From the sequence record MZ422438.1: a DNA stretch of 64,000 nucleotides. One strand, written 5' to 3'. The stretch's first letter is position 1. Each line of letters opens with the position of its first letter. Below, one piece after another: positions 21,233 to 32,768 of this stretch. The notes beneath the pieces are model-generated. The model was not told the DNA's origin, did no database searches, and worked only from the letters and a program-made list of their open reading frames with translations. A program made the translations under genes and the position numbers.

Positions 21233-21544
21233 TTATTCAGAGATCTTAACTGTACATACTAATGGATTATGCTGTAATTCACTAACTAATTTAGGAATAG
21301 TTGTAAGTTTATATCTAATAGATGGATTTTGTTTTTCTTCTTCCAATATACTAATCGATTCATGAATTCGAATAATTTCTTCACGACTAATTGGTTTAAC
21401 AAATATTGCAGGCTTACCAGTATTAATATTGATTCCCTCAATAATATTCATTTCATCATGACTTGATAAGTAACCCACAATAATCTTAATATTTTTTAAA
21501 TCTTTATACGTTAATCTTGTTTCTAATAATGAATCATCTTTCAT
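21233..21544 (-). CDS. Hypothetical protein
   Basis: 103-aa ORF with RBS. Confidence 0.6.
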   Translation of the reverse strand: MKDDSLLETRLTYKDLKNIKIIVGYLSSHDEMNIIEGININTGKPAIFVKPISREEIIRIHESISILEEEKQNPSIRYKLTTIPKLVSELQHNPLVCTVKISE

Positions 21545-21636
21545 TACGCATAAACTTCCCTTCCAGTTTAAGTTTTATTTTATATAATTATTAGTTAAAC
21601 TAGTATATAAAAAATTAAACTGAATTATAGAATAAT

Positions 21637-22056
21637 TTATTTAAAAGAATATAACGTACCTTTCATATCATTATAATAACTATATTTAATCGATTTAAAT
21701 TTATCCATACTATTGAAGAAGATAAATTCCGGAGTATCTTTCTTAGGAGGATAGTTTACAATATCAATAATATGAGCGATAACTTGCATATCCATATCGG
21801 TATATTTAATATTAGATAGTTTTGTTTTTGATCGATTTACTGTAGTTTTTCTAGTCCTTTTATCAATGTAAATAGTAATTTCTTCGGGATTTTCAGTAAG
21901 TTCTTCATGAATTATATTGAGAAAATTTACCGCTTGAAGATACGGTACTAGCGATATTTCCATTGTACTATTAAAGTTTTCTTCATTACTTTTAGAGTTG
22001 ATCATATTTTTAATATTTTTTAGTTTACCTATTGTTTTTAACATTATAATTTCCAC
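21637..22056 (-). CDS. Hypothetical protein
   Basis: 139-aa ORF. Confidence 0.6.
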   Translation of the reverse strand: MEIIMLKTIGKLKNIKNMINSKSNEENFNSTMEISLVPYLQAVNFLNIIHEELTENPEEITIYIDKRTRKTTVNRSKTKLSNIKYTDMDMQVIAHIIDIVNYPPKKDTPEFIFFNSMDKFKSIKYSYYNDMKGTLYSFK

Positions 22057-22062
22057 CTTTAA

Positions 22063-22896
22063 TTATTTATTTGTTGTTATCATATTAATAAAAAATGTAT
22101 AGTCGATAAAATTAGACCCATTGTCTCTAATAATTTTTACATCATCTTTAAAATTAACATATTCTTTAATAAAATCGAGATTATGGGTTTTTCCTTTAAT
22201 CGATTTTGAGTCAATATCGTTAATTGCAAGATTTCTTATAACGTATGGACTATCTTTAGAATCATAATACAAGTTATGGATTCTAAGAATAAATATACTA
22301 TTATATAAATTTTCTTTTAAGAAAGATAAACTTTCAGTGAATCCTAATTCATGAGTCTTATCATTATATCCAGTAATATGACCAGTGCTGACATGTCCAT
22401 TACTATGGATAATTTCAACTTTATTATTAATTAATGATTCAATATTCGTTTCGTTTGTATACTTATCAAAAATAGTATGATTAGACGCATTATAAATATT
22501 AATATTCATATCGTCATCAATTGTATAAATATATTTTTTTGAGATAAGTTTATCGAGAATTAATTTTAATGTATTTTTTCTTAATTTAAATAAACGCTCT
22601 TTTAGATAACATACTTTATCAATATCCGGATACTTTTCTTTTAGTGAATAATCTTTATTGATAGTATTAACGTCAATATATGATATGTATTCAATATAAT
22701 GAAGATTAATAATATCATTATCATTAAATGATGTTAATTTCTTTTTAATTGTAGTGATATTCATTACTTCATAGTAAATATCATTATTAATCTTTTCTTT
22801 TAAACTAATAATCAATATTTCCTCAGACTTATCATTTGTAAATAAGAAACCTAAATTGCTCATAGCACTTTCAATAAAAGAAATATTATTATCCAT
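22063..22896 (-). CDS. Hypothetical protein
   Basis: 277-aa ORF with RBS AAAGGG. Confidence 0.7.
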   Translation of the reverse strand: MDNNISFIESAMSNLGFLFTNDKSEEILIISLKEKINNDIYYEVMNITTIKKKLTSFNDNDIINLHYIEYISYIDVNTINKDYSLKEKYPDIDKVCYLKERLFKLRKNTLKLILDKLISKKYIYTIDDDMNINIYNASNHTIFDKYTNETNIESLINNKVEIIHSNGHVSTGHITGYNDKTHELGFTESLSFLKENLYNSIFILRIHNLYYDSKDSPYVIRNLAINDIDSKSIKGKTHNLDFIKEYVNFKDDVKIIRDNGSNFIDYTFFINMITTNK

Positions 22897-22918
22897 TTAG
22901 ATTTACACCCTTTCTAAT

Positions 22919-23707
22919 CTATATATTCATTATAGTTAATGCATCTTTAAATTTTTGATCTTCATTCATATATTTAATTAAGTATGGATGTTCTTTAAAT
23001 TCATTATCATACTTAGTTAATTTATTATAGTATCTAATAATAAATTTTTTTGGTAAGTTTTCTTGACTTCTCGATATTTTGAACCATAAATTAGCATTAT
23101 CTAAGGGTACAGTGCTTAGTATATATTCAATTGATACTATTGGTAATTGGTATCTTGAAATAGTCATTATAATTGTGTGCAAGTCAAAATATTCTATATA
23201 TTTTAGTATTACGCTTAATTCTAATTTATGGTTTGAAACGATAATATAATTCCAGAATAATTTTGGAGCATATTTATCAAGAGAAATAATATTATCTATT
23301 GTTACATCATACTCAATATCGTATTGAGAGAATATTAATTCTGCAGTTATATTTTCCCAAATTTTAGTATTAATATCTATACTGTCTGCATACTTAATAA
23401 ATAGATTAATATCGTACAGTAATAGTTTATAATTATATCCTATGGAAAAATCTATATTGTCAAGAATATTAGGATTATTTCTCGATATATCTAATATTCT
23501 ATTGCATATTTCAGGAATATTGTGATCATATTTATATGAGTTAAATTGAGATTCAATAAAAGAAGGGTAGTAATTTTCTTCACCAGTATCATACTTTTTA
23601 TCAATATCTATAACTAATTTAATTATATCGATTTTTTCATTCTTTTTAGAAATAATAATTTTTCTTATATCTTCGTTACTAATAGGCTCGGTATCAGTTC
23701 TAGACAT
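22919..23707 (-). CDS. Protein with a degenerate Trp repeat
   Basis: LWFKISRSQENLPKKFIIRYYNKL; ends in TIMNI. Confidence 0.7.
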   Translation of the reverse strand: MSRTDTEPISNEDIRKIIISKKNEKIDIIKLVIDIDKKYDTGEENYYPSFIESQFNSYKYDHNIPEICNRILDISRNNPNILDNIDFSIGYNYKLLLYDINLFIKYADSIDINTKIWENITAELIFSQYDIEYDVTIDNIISLDKYAPKLFWNYIIVSNHKLELSVILKYIEYFDLHTIIMTISRYQLPIVSIEYILSTVPLDNANLWFKISRSQENLPKKFIIRYYNKLTKYDNEFKEHPYLIKYMNEDQKFKDALTIMNI

Positions 23708-23788
23708 AATATTCTAACAATCCTTTCTATTATTAAAAAATAAAATCTGAGACTATAATTGATCATATAGTCTCAGAAATATTTTATA

Positions 23789-24967
23789 TTAATCTTCTAA
23801 ATTATTATTTAATATATTCATAGACATATTAAAAATACTTCTTGAACGTTTACCGATACGATTTATTGTTTTTTCAGATATATTTAAATAATCTTTAAAT
23901 TTTATCGGAAAATACTTGAGGTACATAGAAATTTGTTCTGGATTATCAATAATATTGTTATCAATGATAGTTCGAACAACAGTATAAATTTGACCATTAA
24001 GTAATTCGTCAATAGTTGTTTGGATCGTATGCTTGAATAATTCATCCTTTCTTAAATGTTGATGATCTTTATACTCCATTTTCATTCTAACTTTAATATA
24101 AGGATCGTTATAATCTTGATGATCATTAACTAGAGATTCAGGATGAAATATTTCATTAAATAATTTAATATCGTCATTTTTTCCATATTTTATAATAATA
24201 TTTGTAATTAATAATCTCGAAATTTCACCAATTTCATTATAAGGAATTTCTGATTCTTCAAATTTTAATGTATAATTAATTTCTTTTAAATACTCATTAT
24301 AGTATCGGTATTTATAATTAGATGTTAATGCAAGAGAAGTTACAAAGTTAAGATTATTTTGATAACTTCCTACTAATCTAACTTCATTATAAAATACATT
24401 ATCCTTTATAAGTTGATTAATGATTTTATAATATCTTTGCATTAATACATTAAACTTATCGGTACTACAATTTTTTGGTTTAGTAATTGATTTAATTAAT
24501 GATTGTTGGGTATTAATTAAATTTTCCATTTCGCTAAAGTCTGAAAGAACAAACTTGTCAGGATCAATATTCTTTAATAAGTTATACGCATACATTAGAG
24601 TATTAACAATATCGTAATCACTACAAGAATAAATATGGTTATTTCGCATAAAATTATACTTGAATTCATCACTAATTTCAGTAATTTGGTATGGAATACC
24701 GTTATTAAGAAATGAAGTTATAATGTGTTTAACTTCTTGAACTGGTGAACCGGAATTAAATAATTTTTCAATACATTTAATTCCGTGATAACTGAATTCT
24801 AAGTCATCTATATCATTACAATAGTTCTTTTTAGGAACAATTGAATTCTTCGTAATATTCTTATGAATATTACGAAATTCCCTATGAAGATCTTTAAAGT
24901 TCTTTTTGAATGTATCATTATTACTAGTTTCTTTTAAATTAGCATAAATCTTAATTGTATTATTCAT
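23789..24967 (-). CDS. Hypothetical protein
   Basis: 392-aa ORF with RBS AAAGGA. Confidence 0.75.
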   Translation of the reverse strand: MNNTIKIYANLKETSNNDTFKKNFKDLHREFRNIHKNITKNSIVPKKNYCNDIDDLEFSYHGIKCIEKLFNSGSPVQEVKHIITSFLNNGIPYQITEISDEFKYNFMRNNHIYSCSDYDIVNTLMYAYNLLKNIDPDKFVLSDFSEMENLINTQQSLIKSITKPKNCSTDKFNVLMQRYYKIINQLIKDNVFYNEVRLVGSYQNNLNFVTSLALTSNYKYRYYNEYLKEINYTLKFEESEIPYNEIGEISRLLITNIIIKYGKNDDIKLFNEIFHPESLVNDHQDYNDPYIKVRMKMEYKDHQHLRKDELFKHTIQTTIDELLNGQIYTVVRTIIDNNIIDNPEQISMYLKYFPIKFKDYLNISEKTINRIGKRSRSIFNMSMNILNNNLED

Positions 24968-24992
24968 TATTTATCAATCCTTTAATATATTT

Positions 24993-25707
24993 TTATTTTT
25001 CAATATTAACTTTAAATTCTATTCCTTGATCTACCATATCATAATCAATATCAGCAACTCGACCAACGCTGATAATATATTGCTTGTACAATTCAGTATC
25101 TTTAAGATTATGACCAAGATATGCAGTATCATATCTGTCACTTTCAATCTCTCCTGGACTATATTGAACATTGGAGATCGGGTTATCATTTAGATCTTTT
25201 AATACGTTATATTCTTTACGATCAGTATCAAAAAGCCTATTCATTGAACCTTCAAAAGCTACTTCACCATCACTAAAATTTTCTATGATGAACTTACTGT
25301 TAAGAAATATAGTGAGTCAGTTGTTCTAACTTTATCATTAGGGTCAAAATTAGATGGTTTTGGGTCATTATCAAACTTAACCCCTTTATTAGGAATAATA
25401 TCCATACGAACTAGAGCTACTGTATAATCAGTGGCTTGTACTGGTCCGATTGTAAACACATAATTTTCAGGAGAATTAACGATAACTGTCATAATAATTT
25501 TATAATCATTATCATTAGTTACCCTATAGTCTCCTACCTCTGTAAGTTCATATTCTTCTTCTTTTTTGTTTTCATAAGGGGTTTAAGTTCTTGTATTTTT
25601 GATTGAACTGAATCTTTGTTAACATGATTACTATCATTATTTAATACAAAATAAATAACTACTGATAACCCTATTAATAATACTACAAATATTAATATTT
25701 TTTTCAT
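24993..25707 (-). pseudogene. Secreted or membrane-anchored protein split by two apparent frameshifts
   Basis: Starts MKKILIFVVLLIGLSVVIYFVL at 25707 (RBS GGAGG). Frameshifts near 25580 and 25300 join the track ORFs 25283-25492 and 24993-25244 into about 237 aa. Confidence 0.6.
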
Positions 25708-25838
25708 TTGAAAGTTCCTCCGTTTTCTAGATTTTTATTGATTTTATATATTACTTTTAAACCTTTAGCAAATCTTTTAGATTTTACATCTTTCATACTA
25801 ATTACATTACTTTTCTTAGCTACTTTTTTAATTTTCAT
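25704..25838 (-). CDS. Small basic protein (44 aa)
   Basis: MKIKKVAKKSNVISMKDVKSKRFAKGLKVIYKINKNLENGGTFK; RBS GGATGG; ATGA overlap with the next gene. Confidence 0.5.
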   Translation of the reverse strand: MKIKKVAKKSNVISMKDVKSKRFAKGLKVIYKINKNLENGGTFK

Positions 25839-25965
25839 AATTGATCCATCCTTTATATTTTATTTAATCATTATTATAATATATTAATGAAAATTATATT
25901 ATTACGCTAAAAAAAAAAAAATCCGTAATACTCATAAAAGAGTATTACGGGAATATTTATATTAT

Positions 25966-26700
25966 TTAAAATCTTTCACATATATGAAAACCATGATCAG
26001 TGGCTAATTTATAATCAAAGTTTAATCCTAGATTCATTAAATAAAACTTATCAGCTTCTTCCTTACTGAATGTATTGATTAATGTTTCTAGTGACATATG
26101 ACATTCTTTATCATAATCATAAGTTTCGCAAGAAGCATCATGATATATCTCATCAAAGTAACCTTGATGAATAAGACTTTCAATATCATCACCGAAATTA
26201 TTTGCGTCACCACTATAATATATTACTTTTTCATCAACCTTAATAATATATCCATACGTCATAATGCTCGGAGAATGTCCAACAGATACTGCTTTTATTT
26301 GAACGTTAGAGTCAATATGATAAAATTCATATTCTTCAATAAATTGTATTTTATAATCTACGTCTGCATGAACATCATTAATCTTTAATAAATTAACGAT
26401 ATTTTCACCATATGATAAAAATAGATTAACTTTTATATTATGAATATGTTTAAAGTATCTAATAAATGTTGGTAAGGAACCTATACGGTCAGCGTGAGTA
26501 TGAGTAATAATTACATTAATGCTATCAAAATTCTTTATCATACTATCCATAAAATAATCATCAATTAATATATCAAACACCATACTTCCACAATCAATAA
26601 GATAAAAATTGTTATTATTAATAAAGTATGCAGACGTATTTCCTAATTCTGTATTAAATTCATTTCCGGTTCCTATAAAATTTAGTAAATTATTATACAT
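25966..26700 (-). CDS. Metallo-beta-lactamase-fold hydrolase resembling anti-Pycsar Apyc1, with substituted metal ligands
   Basis: FIGTGNEFNTELGNTSAY...YLIDCGS, THTHADR (HxHxDH expected), GHS, YYSGD, IYHD and CHMSL motifs. Confidence 0.7.
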   Translation of the reverse strand: MYNNLLNFIGTGNEFNTELGNTSAYFINNNNFYLIDCGSMVFDILIDDYFMDSMIKNFDSINVIITHTHADRIGSLPTFIRYFKHIHNIKVNLFLSYGENIVNLLKINDVHADVDYKIQFIEEYEFYHIDSNVQIKAVSVGHSPSIMTYGYIIKVDEKVIYYSGDANNFGDDIESLIHQGYFDEIYHDASCETYDYDKECHMSLETLINTFSKEEADKFYLMNLGLNFDYKLATDHGFHICERF

Positions 26701-26748
26701 TTTATATACCGCCTTTATTTTTTTTTTTTATTATTTTTTCTAAAAAAA

Positions 26749-26784
26749 TATTGGATATTGTCATTTATTTGACAATATCCAATA
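26749..26784 (-). terminator. Hairpin (15-bp stem)
   Basis: TATTGGATATTGTCA/TGACAATATCCAATA. Confidence 0.6.
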
Positions 26785-26942
26785 AAATAAGGAAAGTGTA
26801 AACTAGTTAGAATATTACACTTTTAGACGAAAGAGTAATATGGAGATAACAACTAGTCGTACGGGATTAGAGATAGTTATATTTAGGCATAAGATTTACC
26901 TAAATATAATATATTATTATCCAAAATATTAATTTTTTATTT

Positions 26943-28430
26943 TTACAGTTTACGCATATAAATCTTCATTATAAGCGTATTGAATTCTTTATTGTATGAA
27001 TTAATATCCGTAATATTATAATTATGACCAATAAGATTATCATTGTTAATATTAGAATTATATACGCTAATTGCATTATTATATAATGCTTCTAATTCAT
27101 CATAATTTTCTAATAAACTATACTTGTAATGTATATATACAAAGTTACTTATAATCATATCGATAAATTTTGAATCGATATTTGCAAAATATATTTTACT
27201 AGAATTAGATATAAGCGTTGGTATTGTAAAATTACCATGATACATTTCAGCATTAAAATAATTCTTCTTACATATTTCATAAATAACAGTATCGTCATTA
27301 CTATTTAGATATTCATTATACGTCATATTAATAAAATTTGCAAGATTGATTGGTTCTGTTTTGATATTTGAATAGACGATATTATTATATGATTTATAAT
27401 CGTGTAGCGTAGATCGTAATACATTTTCAGTAATTACACTATTACTACGAGAAAAATTTTCTTTATATTGAAAGTACTTTTCAATATTAATTCTTAAGCA
27501 ATTATTAACTTCTTCTAGATTAGATCTAGATTCATTATTCGAAGTATCAATAATATCTTCCTTAATATAATTTCGCAGACTTTTCTCATCAGGATTATTA
27601 TGTAATATATCTACTATAATAATCGCAGTTTTAATTAGTATATCCGTAGATTTTTTATCCGATCTATTTCCAAAATTAATAATATTTCTTAAGAAATAAA
27701 TTAATATCTTTGGATCATAGTTATACATATTATATATCATGCTGACAAATATATTGTTAATTCCAATTCTTCCATTAAGAATATGTTCTATAAAATAATA
27801 ATACTTATTTGTAGAATCTTCATTATATTTATTATTAGCAATATACGCTGATTGGTTGGATACACGAATAAAGCTTGAATATAATGCAGAGATATAACTA
27901 TTATTAAAATAAATAGTTGGAACGATATTACAAAAGAAATCAGCTAATTCTTTAATATCTATAATATTTAGTATAGATTTTTTATAATACTTCATAAATT
28001 CTTTTGGCGTATATTGGAGATTATCAATCTTGATCTTTTCAGTGTCAAACATAAGAGCGTGGGACTCATTTATAAATATATTAAAATCATATATATTTGA
28101 AGTGAATATATCTTTTAGGAAACTATATTTATCTTTGATTAATGAATACATTGTATTTCTAATCATATTTTGAAAATATATAATTCGTAGATTATTACTT
28201 TTTTTAGTATTGTCAGAATCGACTAATGATTTAATTTCTTTATAATATTTTGATAGATTAGATTTGGAAAAAGTTTCGTTAAATTCTTTACAATCATCTA
28301 AAAATTTGTTATATACTTTATCGACAAGATCACTATTACTGATTTCATGAGTATCATATTTATTTTTTATTTTATCGATAGAATTTTCGTCATAATAAAT
28401 TCTATCGATAAAACTACTAATTATCGGCAT
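26943..28430 (-). CDS. Hypothetical helical protein
   Basis: 495-aa ORF. Confidence 0.75.
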   Translation of the reverse strand: MPIISSFIDRIYYDENSIDKIKNKYDTHEISNSDLVDKVYNKFLDDCKEFNETFSKSNLSKYYKEIKSLVDSDNTKKSNNLRIIYFQNMIRNTMYSLIKDKYSFLKDIFTSNIYDFNIFINESHALMFDTEKIKIDNLQYTPKEFMKYYKKSILNIIDIKELADFFCNIVPTIYFNNSYISALYSSFIRVSNQSAYIANNKYNEDSTNKYYYFIEHILNGRIGINNIFVSMIYNMYNYDPKILIYFLRNIINFGNRSDKKSTDILIKTAIIIVDILHNNPDEKSLRNYIKEDIIDTSNNESRSNLEEVNNCLRINIEKYFQYKENFSRSNSVITENVLRSTLHDYKSYNNIVYSNIKTEPINLANFINMTYNEYLNSNDDTVIYEICKKNYFNAEMYHGNFTIPTLISNSSKIYFANIDSKFIDMIISNFVYIHYKYSLLENYDELEALYNNAISVYNSNINNDNLIGHNYNITDINSYNKEFNTLIMKIYMRKL

Positions 28431-28439
28431 GTTGATGTA

Positions 28440-29045
28440 TCACTTCTTTCCATTGATATAGTGCATAATGTCAATATGTAACAAAATGCTCTTACTCTGA
28501 TCTCTACTGGCATTACAATAATCAAATTCATGCTGATAATGATCCAATAACATTAATGCATAGTTATATTGATTTTGGATGATGCTTGAAATATTATTAC
28601 TTAATTTATATTCTAAATATTCAATAATATTTAGAACTTCATTGTCAATAGGATTAATTTTTTCATAATTATTTAATAAGTAATGATATACATTTTTATA
28701 AATTTCGACAGAATCATTACTTATTTGAATGTCATTATTTATTGAAAAACAAAATAACGAATTAAAATCATTAGGATCAATTAATAGTTTTTCTAAAATA
28801 ATCTTAGTCTTTTCACTTTCTTTATATTCAATCCATCTTACAGGGATATATTCAGCTCTCTGCATGCTAATGAGAGATTTAAATAACTTAATTGAATTTT
28901 TCTTTTCTTGCAAACTATATTTACTAAAAATATAATTTATCATATTTTCTACAAAAAGATTAATTCTACCAATAGTATGGTTTACTGTAGCCATGTTTGT
29001 TCCTTCAATAATATGATCTTTACTGCTAACATTAATAATAAACAT
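28440..29045 (-). CDS. Hypothetical protein
   Basis: 201-aa ORF. Confidence 0.7.
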   Translation of the reverse strand: MFIINVSSKDHIIEGTNMATVNHTIGRINLFVENMINYIFSKYSLQEKKNSIKLFKSLISMQRAEYIPVRWIEYKESEKTKIILEKLLIDPNDFNSLFCFSINNDIQISNDSVEIYKNVYHYLLNNYEKINPIDNEVLNIIEYLEYKLSNNISSIIQNQYNYALMLLDHYQHEFDYCNASRDQSKSILLHIDIMHYINGKK

Positions 29046-29345
29046 TCTTTATCATCCTTCACTGTTTTATTTTATTCACATTATTATAATATATACTTAT
29101 CTTATTAGTAAAAAAAGAACTATCACATTTTATTATGTAATAGTTCTTCTATGGATTAATTGATGAATTAATTTCTGTACTATTATTTATTCGGTTAATT
29201 TTATCTTCTAAAGATATCAACCTAATAACATTTTTTTTTTTATTTGTCATATAAAATAAATCACTCTTTTATTCATAATTATTCTATTATCATATGCACT
29301 TCTTTATAAGATATATTTATAGAAACTGTATATTAATAACAGTTT

Positions 29346-30044
29346 CTATATTAATGATAGTTTAACTTTATCAAAGATGTTTCTATGATTAAGAGAATTC
29401 TTAATAAGGTCATTAATAGTTATATTTATGTGGTAAGGTTTTACATTATCTTCTGCATTATAAATCTGTAAATTTATATTGTATCCATTTACTATAAATT
29501 TATAATATACCGAAACATATTCTCTTGTTACTGGTTGCTTAAAACGGTCAGACGTAAAAGTATAATTAAATGTATAAGAATCAATATAACCATTATTAGT
29601 TGATAAATCACTGATATTATAAGTATATTCATCGATGTCTGATGGGTCAAGATCTGTATTATTTCTAATAAATTCATAGATCATACTTTTTAGGATTTCC
29701 GATAGATATGTGATAGTTAATATTGAAGAACTAAATCTTTTACTATTAAATTTTTCTTTTATATTGTAAGTATTATCATTATATTCAATATCTTTTGATG
29801 GAATATTATAATTAGATGTAAACATTTCGTTAAATGTTTTTCGTTCTTCAGAAGTTAATTCATTTAATGTTTTAATTAATTCTTTGTCATTATATAATAA
29901 AAATGAATTAATTATATGGTACGTAATATTCCCATTAACATGTAAAGGTTTACTTAAAAATCCTAGAGATTTTACCATTAGATAATTTCCTTTCTTTTTT
30001 TTTTTAATATTAATTTTAGATATTATACATTTTAATTCTATCAT
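29346..30044 (-). CDS. Hypothetical protein
   Basis: 232-aa ORF; the true start may be downstream at MVKSL. Confidence 0.65.
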   Translation of the reverse strand: MIELKCIISKINIKKKKKGNYLMVKSLGFLSKPLHVNGNITYHIINSFLLYNDKELIKTLNELTSEERKTFNEMFTSNYNIPSKDIEYNDNTYNIKEKFNSKRFSSSILTITYLSEILKSMIYEFIRNNTDLDPSDIDEYTYNISDLSTNNGYIDSYTFNYTFTSDRFKQPVTREYVSVYYKFIVNGYNINLQIYNAEDNVKPYHINITINDLIKNSLNHRNIFDKVKLSLI

Positions 30045-30076
30045 AATATTTGATATTCTACTTCTTTCCTTTATAC

Positions 30077-30652
30077 TTATATGGATTCAAGAATCATTTT
30101 ATCATATATTTTCATATGTTTCCCACAATCAAATAATAGATCAATCATATTAATATTTTTGTTAAAAATTTTATCATTAATGAAAAAATCAATATCTAAT
30201 TCATTGCTATCTTTATCCATACTAAATTTAATTTTGTCAGAAATAAATGTAAATTTAGTATAAGGATGATAATTCTCCATAAATTTATATTCGGGTATAT
30301 CTTGAATTCTTATTAGGGCAGAGACTTCAAATTTTAATATTAATGCTAAAAATTTCTTAAAGAAATTAGATTCTAGTATATTCCAGACGCCAAAAATATC
30401 ATTCTCTCGATATTTACTAAAACTAAATATACGCTCTAAGTTATCAATCATTTCCATATTATTTAGTTTTGTCAATTTTTCTTCTAAGTCATCATAAATC
30501 TCAAATATTTGTACAATATCATTTTGATTTGTTTCGAAAATATACATAGATACTATTTCCTCATACACGCTATTATCTATGTATGGAATAAATGAATTTT
30601 TAGCTGAATCTTTAATCTGTTTTATATTTTTCATGTATACCATTCCTTTCAT
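30077..30652 (-). CDS. Hypothetical protein ending in ILESI
   Basis: 191-aa ORF. Confidence 0.7.
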   Translation of the reverse strand: MKGMVYMKNIKQIKDSAKNSFIPYIDNSVYEEIVSMYIFETNQNDIVQIFEIYDDLEEKLTKLNNMEMIDNLERIFSFSKYRENDIFGVWNILESNFFKKFLALILKFEVSALIRIQDIPEYKFMENYHPYTKFTFISDKIKFSMDKDSNELDIDFFINDKIFNKNINMIDLLFDCGKHMKIYDKMILESI

Positions 30653-30727
30653 TCTTTAATTTCAAGAATATTATGTGGGAAGATATCAATTAAAGATACC
30701 TTCCCACATAATATATGTAACGATTGT

Positions 30728-31096
30728 TTAGTACAACATATCACTATATTTATTCATAATATTCTTTGTAAATATATAAAGGACTTGTTCAAATTCAATA
30801 TCGGTCAAACATAATTTACCGTAGGCTTGACGATTACAAAATGATGAGATAGTTGATAATGAATTACCATGAAAAACCATTCTTTCAAGCACTCTGTTTT
30901 GATTGTCATTAAGCTTATCATATTTTTCTTGGGAAGTGATCATTTTATGAGTCATACTTAATAGATCGCCTTCTAAAGTATTAGGGAAAACATAATTACC
31001 TTCAGAATTTAAATAAAAATGGTTAAATCGATTTAATATTTCTTTTTGATAATTTTCTTTTGTTTTATTCAACACTATTAAAACCCCCATAACCAA
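30728..31096 (-). CDS. Hypothetical protein
   Basis: 122-aa ORF. Confidence 0.55.
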   Translation of the reverse strand: MVMGVLIVLNKTKENYQKEILNRFNHFYLNSEGNYVFPNTLEGDLLSMTHKMITSQEKYDKLNDNQNRVLERMVFHGNSLSTISSFCNRQAYGKLCLTDIEFEQVLYIFTKNIMNKYSDMLY

Positions 31097-31236
31097 TTAG
31101 AATTATTTATATACTATATATTTATTTATTAGTATATCAATTTATTTTGAGTAATATGGAAAAAATTATTTTAAAATCCCTAAATAAACATATAAGTTTA
31201 CTTAAGGATCATAGATATTTTTAATTCTTTATTTTA

Positions 31237-31830
31237 TTAAATACTTTTTAATTTATTAATATCAATTAATTTCTTTTTCATACTTTCAGGTAATATTTCA
31301 TCATGATACTTTAATATTAAAGGAATATTTAATTTATCAATATACGTATCAATAAATTCTAGTGATATATCTTGACATTTGCTAATAATATCCCAATTAA
31401 CTTTATCTTGAAACTCAATAATAAAGTCTTCTGATAATGTCTGGTACCAACTAATAAAGTACCAATCTAAAGAATCTTTGAATCTACGAATAAAATCTTC
31501 TGATAATTTCTGTTGTGAACTAATATTATACCAATCTAATTCATCTTGGAACCTTTCAATAAATTCTTCTGATAATGTCTCGATACCTACTGATGCTAAA
31601 CCAGTTTAATTTATCTTGAAACTTTTCAATGAATTCTTCTGATAACTCTTGATGTATGCTGATGCTAGACCAGTTTAATTTATCTTGAAACTTTTCGATA
31701 AATTCTTCGGATAATTTCTGTTGTGAACTAATATTATACCAATCTATTTTATCCTGAAACTTCTCAATGAATTCTTCTGATAATGTCTGATTCCTACTGA
31801 CATGATTCCTATTAATGGTTATTTTTCCAT
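31237..31830 (-). pseudogene. Trp-repeat protein with one +1 frameshift near 31580 (missing from the ORF track)
   Basis: MEKITINRNHVSRNQTLSEEFIEKFQDKIDW...; an extra G in TATCGAGAC; the shifted frame ends LIDINKLKSI. Confidence 0.8.
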
Positions 31831-31897
31831 AAATAAGTATACCACCTTTTTGCTATATACTTTTTAATTTAATAATTTCTTTATGTTTATTAATAAA

Positions 31898-32740
31898 TTA
31901 TCGTGATACATTTTGAATCGATTCAATATAATGCCAATTTACTTTATTCTGAAACTTCTCAATAAACTTTTCCGAAAATTTCTGTTCTCTACTGATATAA
32001 CTCCAATTTACTTTATCTTGAAATTTTTCGATGAATTCTTCTGATAGTTTTTGGTCAGACGATATATAGTCCCAATCTACTTTATCTTGAAACTCTTCGA
32101 TGAATTTTTCGGATAATCTCTGATATATACTAATATGCTTCCAATTAACTTTATCTTGAAATTTTCTAATTAATTCTTCTGATAATTTCTGGCATAAACC
32201 AATATAATGCCAATCTACTTTATCCTGAAACTTCTCAATGAATTCTTCGGATAATTTATAATATTCAGAGATACTACACCAATTAACTTTATCCTGAAAC
32301 TTTTCAATAAACTGCTCAGATAATTTCTGATATGAACTAATATTGTACCAAACTACTTTATCCTGATATTTAGAAATAAAATTTTCTGATAAGTTCTTTT
32401 GATCCCTACTAATATTGTACCAAACTACTTTATCTTGAAACTCTTCAATAAACTGCTCAGATAATGTCTGATACCAACTAATATTGTACCAATTAACTTT
32501 ATTCTGATATTTAGAAATAAAATTTTCTGATAAGTTCTTTTGATCCTTACTAATATAATACCAATCTACTTTATCCTGAAACTTTTCAATGAATTCTTCT
32601 GATAATTTTTGATGTGAGCTAATATATTTCCAATCTACTTTATCCTGAAACTTTTCAATGAATTCTTCGGATAATTTTTTCTTCCAACTAATCTCAGTCC
32701 AATCTACTTTTACTGAATCATCAACGATTATTTTATCCAT
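31898..32740 (-). CDS. Trp-repeat (22-aa solenoid) protein
   Basis: About 12 repeats; lacks the family C-terminal cap. Confidence 0.9.
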   Translation of the reverse strand: MDKIIVDDSVKVDWTEISWKKKLSEEFIEKFQDKVDWKYISSHQKLSEEFIEKFQDKVDWYYISKDQKNLSENFISKYQNKVNWYNISWYQTLSEQFIEEFQDKVVWYNISRDQKNLSENFISKYQDKVVWYNISSYQKLSEQFIEKFQDKVNWCSISEYYKLSEEFIEKFQDKVDWHYIGLCQKLSEELIRKFQDKVNWKHISIYQRLSEKFIEEFQDKVDWDYISSDQKLSEEFIEKFQDKVNWSYISREQKFSEKFIEKFQNKVNWHYIESIQNVSR

Positions 32741-32768
32741 AGATAATATTACATCCTTTCTTTTTTCA

